Shown: positions 60,053 through 64,000 of the stretch, in pieces
Layout of the letters: every line of letters starts with the position of its first letter
How positions within the stretch are numbered: position 1 is the first letter of the stretch
Sequence record: NZ_CP090008.1
From: a plasmid
DNA length: 64,000 nt
Direction: 5' to 3' (one strand)
Translations under genes and position numbers: made by a program
Notes under the pieces: model-generated
Seen by the model: only the letters and a program-made list of their open reading frames with translations
Told to the model about the DNA's origin: nothing
The model's database searches: none

Positions 60053-61354
60053 ATGATCAAAATTAGTGATAACACAGAAATTACACTAAGTGAGATAAAT
60101 CATCCGGTTATTAATGAATTAACGAATAAATCCTTGTCAACTTTGGATCAAGAAAGGTTTATTATCTTTCCGCCATTATTAAAGGATTCTGATGACTTAG
60201 ATGAGGGTAATTGTATCTTTCGCACATTTAATGGTAAAACGAGGACTTGTAATATAGTAGGTTTTCTAAGTGATGGGAATAATGAAATTTATATTCATAG
60301 TCGTTTTTTTGAAACGGAAGATGAAGATTATTTTCTAGATTACATGTTGCAAAAAGTACTTCATTACAATGTTACGGTAAACGAAATTGCATCTTCAGAA
60401 GAAACCACCTATTATGATTTATTAGTCTACTTGTTTCCTTACTATTTGGAGGAGGCTATGCGAAAGGGACTATATAAGGAGTATGCTTCTCATTCTTATA
60501 ATGATAGTAATGTTCGAGGTCAGATGGATATCAATCGTCATTTTAAGGAGAATGTGCCTTTTGTCGGTAAAGTTGCTTACAATACACGGGAGTTTTCATT
60601 CGATAATAAAATAAATCAATTGATTCGTCATACCATTGAAAAAATCGAAATTACAAAACCATTTTTACTTGAAGAAAACCCAGTTGTTCAAAAAAATGTA
60701 AAGATGATAAAGGAAATAACCCCAAGTTACTCTCATTATGAACTGGAAAAAGTGTTATATGAGAATATAAGTAATACCATAAAACATGGATTTTTTGAAG
60801 AATACACACAGTTACAGACGTTGTGTCTTAAAATTTTGACGGATGAGAGAATTAGTTACGGAGCATCCAGTCAGAAAGTACATGGTATCGTTATTGATAT
60901 TGCTTGGTTGTGGGAAGAATATCTAAACTTATTGATTAAAGAACACTTTTATCATCCTCAAAATAAGTTAGGTACCATGGCTCATTATTATTTTCAAAAT
61001 GGTAATGGTAAAATTTATCCCGATTTCATAGGGAGAGATGTAACTAATAGAGTTATTGCAGATGCAAAATATAAACCAGAGAAGAATATAAAGAGCAGCG
61101 ACTATTCTCAAATTTTGTCGTATATGTTTCGATTTGACAGTAAATTAGCGTACTTTTTACATCCTACAAAAGAAGAATCACAAAGTATATTTTATTTAAT
61201 GGAGGGAGTAAGTGCGGAACATACTCCCCAAAAAAGAATGGATATACGAGTAGAAAAAATAGGTTTGAAGATTCCACGAGCGACAAGTTATTCGGAATTT
61301 GTTATGTTGATGGAAGAAAGCGAGAAGAGTTTTCTGACTAAATTGAAACGTTGA
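60053..61354 (+). CDS. McrC-like nuclease partner (PD-(D/E)xK) of the McrB-like protein
   Basis: Starts 4 nt after the McrB-like stop; 'IYPDFIG...VIADAKYK' fits a PD...D/ExK nuclease core; the 433-aa size is typical. Confidence 0.6.
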   Translation: MIKISDNTEITLSEINHPVINELTNKSLSTLDQERFIIFPPLLKDSDDLDEGNCIFRTFNGKTRTCNIVGFLSDGNNEIYIHSRFFETEDEDYFLDYMLQKVLHYNVTVNEIASSEETTYYDLLVYLFPYYLEEAMRKGLYKEYASHSYNDSNVRGQMDINRHFKENVPFVGKVAYNTREFSFDNKINQLIRHTIEKIEITKPFLLEENPVVQKNVKMIKEITPSYSHYELEKVLYENISNTIKHGFFEEYTQLQTLCLKILTDERISYGASSQKVHGIVIDIAWLWEEYLNLLIKEHFYHPQNKLGTMAHYYFQNGNGKIYPDFIGRDVTNRVIADAKYKPEKNIKSSDYSQILSYMFRFDSKLAYFLHPTKEESQSIFYLMEGVSAEHTPQKRMDIRVEKIGLKIPRATSYSEFVMLMEESEKSFLTKLKR

Positions 61355-61418
61355 AAGTTTCCTTATTCTTAGCACGTTAATATTTAGGAGGACAAATAGC
61401 TTATCGATTAATGTTAAC

Positions 61419-61447
61419 TTGCTATCTTCTAATATGTTTGCTATACT
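61419..61447 (+). promoter_or_regulatory. Sigma-A-like promoter TTGCTA-N17-TATACT
   Basis: ttgcta at 61419-61424, tatact at 61442-61447; conserved in IR copy A. Confidence 0.45.
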
Positions 61448-61980
61448 AATGTCATAAATTATTTAATTTATATCTTTATTCACCACACCTCTAACGGTGA
61501 ACCTTTGGTCACGTGACTAAAGAAAACAGAAATATGGAGGAGGAGATGCTATTGCTGGTTCTGTCCTAGCAATAGGCATCCCATGTTTGATTGGGTTAAA
61601 AGGGAGCGTACTCGCTTTTAGCTATCAGTTAAGCCATCAGACAGAAGAAGAGGCTTAACGCTTTGAAACACGTACGAGATAATTTGCCTAATTGATTGAA
61701 AGGCTACAACAAACGTTATTAGCAACTAAGCATAACGAGAAGTTTTTCCTATGGTTTTCCATAGGCACGCGCAACCTTGTTTTTTGAGACAAGGCTTGTC
61801 GGCTTCTTTGTTATGCTTTTTTTGTTTTGAGTTTGGGTAGATGGACAAAAAAGGAAGGCGACATCTCGATGAATAGGGCAGAGGAACAGGTGTTCCCAAC
61901 TCTAAACTATCGGCATGCGGAGGAAAGACTACGAACAGGTGTTTGAGACTTTCCAAGGTTACTTTACAACAACAATTTTT
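61430..61980 (+). repeat. Copy B of the ~540-bp inverted repeat: promoter plus conserved structured leader directly upstream of ssb
   Basis: Reverse complement is ~90% identical to 14822-15365; ends ~15 nt before the ssb RBS. Confidence 0.7.
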
Positions 61981-61996
61981 TAAAGGAGAAAAGCTT

Positions 61997-62425
61997 ATGC
62001 TTAACAAAGTCATTATTACTGGTCGTTTGGTCGCAGATCCGGAACTTCGCTACACACCTTCTAACAAGGCGGTAGCAACGGCTCGAATCGCCTCTCCACG
62101 TGATTTTAAAAATCAAAACGGAGAACGAGAGACCGATTTTATTAACCTCGTCATTTGGGGTAAATATGCAGAGAATTTCTCAACTTGGATCAAGAAGGGA
62201 TATCTTGTGACAGTTGAGGGACGGTTACAAACTCGTTCTTATGAAAACCAACAAGGTCAAAAGGTCTATGTGACTGAGGTTAATGTGTCAAACTTTGACA
62301 ACTTACAGCCTCGTGACCATAGTAACACTTCTTCGCAAAGTCAAGATTTTGGACCTGCAGAAGGGGGCTTTCCTGGAGGTGGAGAACCTCTAGATGATTC
62401 TATGTTTGAGAATATTCCTTTCTAG
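61997..62425 (+). CDS. ssb: Single-stranded DNA-binding protein
   Basis: '[23 protein letters not shown]...' OB fold; Gly/Gln-rich linker; acidic C-terminal tip '[10 protein letters not shown]'. RBS aaaggag before ATG 61997; the track ORF from 61943 overruns upstream. Confidence 0.9.
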   Translation: MLNKVIITGRLVADPELRYTPSNKAVATARIASPRDFKNQNGERETDFINLVIWGKYAENFSTWIKKGYLVTVEGRLQTRSYENQQGQKVYVTEVNVSNFDNLQPRDHSNTSSQSQDFGPAEGGFPGGGEPLDDSMFENIPF

Positions 62426-62486
62426 TACATAGTTCAAGGTTTTAAGAAGAAAGTAGAGAGTTCAGTTATACTGAGCTCTTTTTGTT

Positions 62487-63350
62487 TTGGAAGGAGAAAG
62501 AATGATAAAAGAAGTAGAGATACTTCCTCCATTGACAGAGGATAATTACTACCAAGATAGGTATTATATGTCCACTTCTCGTCTGAAGGAGTACATCAAA
62601 TGTCCCTTAAGGCAGGAAGTTGTCGATTTGGGCTTTTGGCCTGAGAAGACGGAGACAGAAAGCCTACTTGTTGGTAATTATGTCCATTCTTATTTTGACA
62701 CTAAAGAAGCTCATGAAGCTTTCTTGGAAATGAATCGAGATAAGATCATTAGTCAACGAGGAAAAACTGCTGGCCAGGTAAAAGCCTCTTTCAAACAAGC
62801 AGATAAGATGATTGCTGCTTTAGAAAAAGAGGAGCTTTTTAATCGTTTGTATCATGGTACAGATGATGAACTGGTGGAGAAAGAACGGATTATCACTGGT
62901 ACGTTAGAAGGGATTCCCTTCAAATGCAAAATTGATAGTCTGAATCTTTCAGGAGGCTATTTCGTTGACCTGAAGACGATGGAGAGTCTTCAGTCAGAAA
63001 AATATTCGACGACACTTCATCGTTTTACGAAGTCTCTTCTCTATAACATTGTAGAATATCAGTATACGCTACAAATGTACGTATATCAGGAGTTGCTGAA
63101 GCAAACCTACGGTTATGAGTTTACACCATATATTATGGCAGTTTCAAAGGAACCTGTTCCCGATAAGGAGTTAATTCTAATCGATGATACTATCATTGAA
63201 ATGGGGAGAGACATCTTCTATGGACATGTTGAAGCACTTAAAGATGCTTTGGCACATAAGTCTGTCGAAGGATGTGGTCATTGTGATTACTGTTTAACGA
63301 ATAAGTCGTTAGTTACAGCAAAAACAGTGGCAGAATTTTTACAACAATAA
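62487..63350 (+). CDS. PD-(D/E)xK-family nuclease with C-terminal Cys cluster (Cas4/RecB/phage-exonuclease-like)
   Basis: 'GYFVDLKTMES' (D...K), Q/Y motif 'YTLQMYVYQ', C-terminal 'CGHCDYC' plus an upstream Cys. The ssb neighbourhood is typical of a recombination module. True start probably ATG 62503 (MIKEVEIL). Confidence 0.5.
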   Translation: MEGERMIKEVEILPPLTEDNYYQDRYYMSTSRLKEYIKCPLRQEVVDLGFWPEKTETESLLVGNYVHSYFDTKEAHEAFLEMNRDKIISQRGKTAGQVKASFKQADKMIAALEKEELFNRLYHGTDDELVEKERIITGTLEGIPFKCKIDSLNLSGGYFVDLKTMESLQSEKYSTTLHRFTKSLLYNIVEYQYTLQMYVYQELLKQTYGYEFTPYIMAVSKEPVPDKELILIDDTIIEMGRDIFYGHVEALKDALAHKSVEGCGHCDYCLTNKSLVTAKTVAEFLQQ

Positions 63351-63364
63351 TAAATAGGAAATAA

Positions 63365-63388
63365 AGTGGTCAAAAGACCACTTTTTAT
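63365..63388 (+). terminator. Rho-independent terminator
   Basis: aaagtggtc-aaaa-gaccacttttt. Confidence 0.6.
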
Positions 63389-63406
63389 ATTAAGGAGAAA
63401 AGAACA

Positions 63407-64000
63407 ATGACTGAAACAATTGCAAACACAAATGAAAAAAACCTAGTAGCTGAACTAATTGAAGCTAAAGTGGCTCTTGCTAAGGCTGAAATGCAATTAG
63501 AATGGCAAAAGGCTGAACAAGTAAAAAAAGACCATTCTAAACCGGAGCCAGAGCTTATGGCTCCACTGTTTGAGGCTTTGGCCAAGGCTCAAGCTGAGTT
63601 CGAGTCTGTAACAGCAACAAGTAGAGTCACGTTTAAGAACGTGGACTTTAAGTTCGCCCCTCTCTCAGAGATTTTAGGGGCTGTACGTCCAGCACTTAAC
63701 AAGTACGGCCTGACATTGACGCAACAAACCAAACATATTCCGTTTGGTAATGCCAATGGAATCAAAGTTGTGACGACACTACTTCATGAAAGTGGTGTCT
63801 CTTACGACATTGAGTCGGTTCCTGTATTCTATAATGTCAATGACATTAAGAACCTAGGAGCTCAAGTAACCTATCTGCGACGCTACGAGGTGAAAACCTT
63901 GCTGGGTATTGAGGCTGATAGCGAAGAACTAGATATGGACAATGTGCCAAATCATTCGCAATCAGCTCAACAGACTTGTAATTATGATGGTAACCATAAT
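63407..64000 (+). CDS. Putative single-strand annealing / recombination protein (ERF-like?), 3'-partial
   Basis: RBS 'aaggag' precedes ATG 63407; the ORF runs off the window. The call rests mainly on its position next to ssb and the nuclease, so it is low confidence. Confidence 0.3.
   Translation, partial: MTETIANTNEKNLVAELIEAKVALAKAEMQLEWQKAEQVKKDHSKPEPELMAPLFEALAKAQAEFESVTATSRVTFKNVDFKFAPLSEILGAVRPALNKYGLTLTQQTKHIPFGNANGIKVVTTLLHESGVSYDIESVPVFYNVNDIKNLGAQVTYLRRYEVKTLLGIEADSEELDMDNVPNHSQSAQQTCNYDGNHN

Overview
Low-GC (Streptococcus-like) DNA that reads as part of a mobile replicon, a conjugative plasmid or ICE, heavily invaded by IS elements. The backbone comprises a giant N6-adenine methyltransferase/SNF2-helicase fusion, a Toprim primase-like gene, an iteron-rich 1.6 kb region, parA with a partner gene, an iteron-associated replication initiator, a VirD4-like coupling ATPase, and ssb with a nuclease and a partial annealing protein. 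Accessory cargo includes a partial DUF4238 gene, a secreted EndA-like nuclease, a thioredoxin-like membrane protein, a NUDIX-McrBC defence patch, an IS200 element, a frameshifted IS110 gene and several IS3-family remnants. The centrepiece is a RiPP locus. Nine tandem 209-bp repeats (35037-36867) each encode the same 52-aa precursor, MKDEKNLLEELEIDILELDDVEGIPATAASSGSGGSSTCGSTSCSSCSSSCA, with minor variants. Downstream of an inserted IS3 element, beyond a degenerate tenth precursor copy, sits a ~13.5 kb single-strand operon (38817-52284). It encodes two YcaO proteins (both ending HPFP), an ABC exporter, an M20-family hydrolase, a split LanB-type dehydratase, a further SpaB_C-sized protein, a SagB-type dehydrogenase and three unknowns, followed by a LytTR response regulator and HPK10-type kinase. 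This is best read as a thiopeptide- or azole-type RiPP cluster with a massively amplified structural gene. A second notable element is a ~540-bp conserved promoter plus long structured leader that occurs as an inverted repeat directly upstream of both the primase and ssb.
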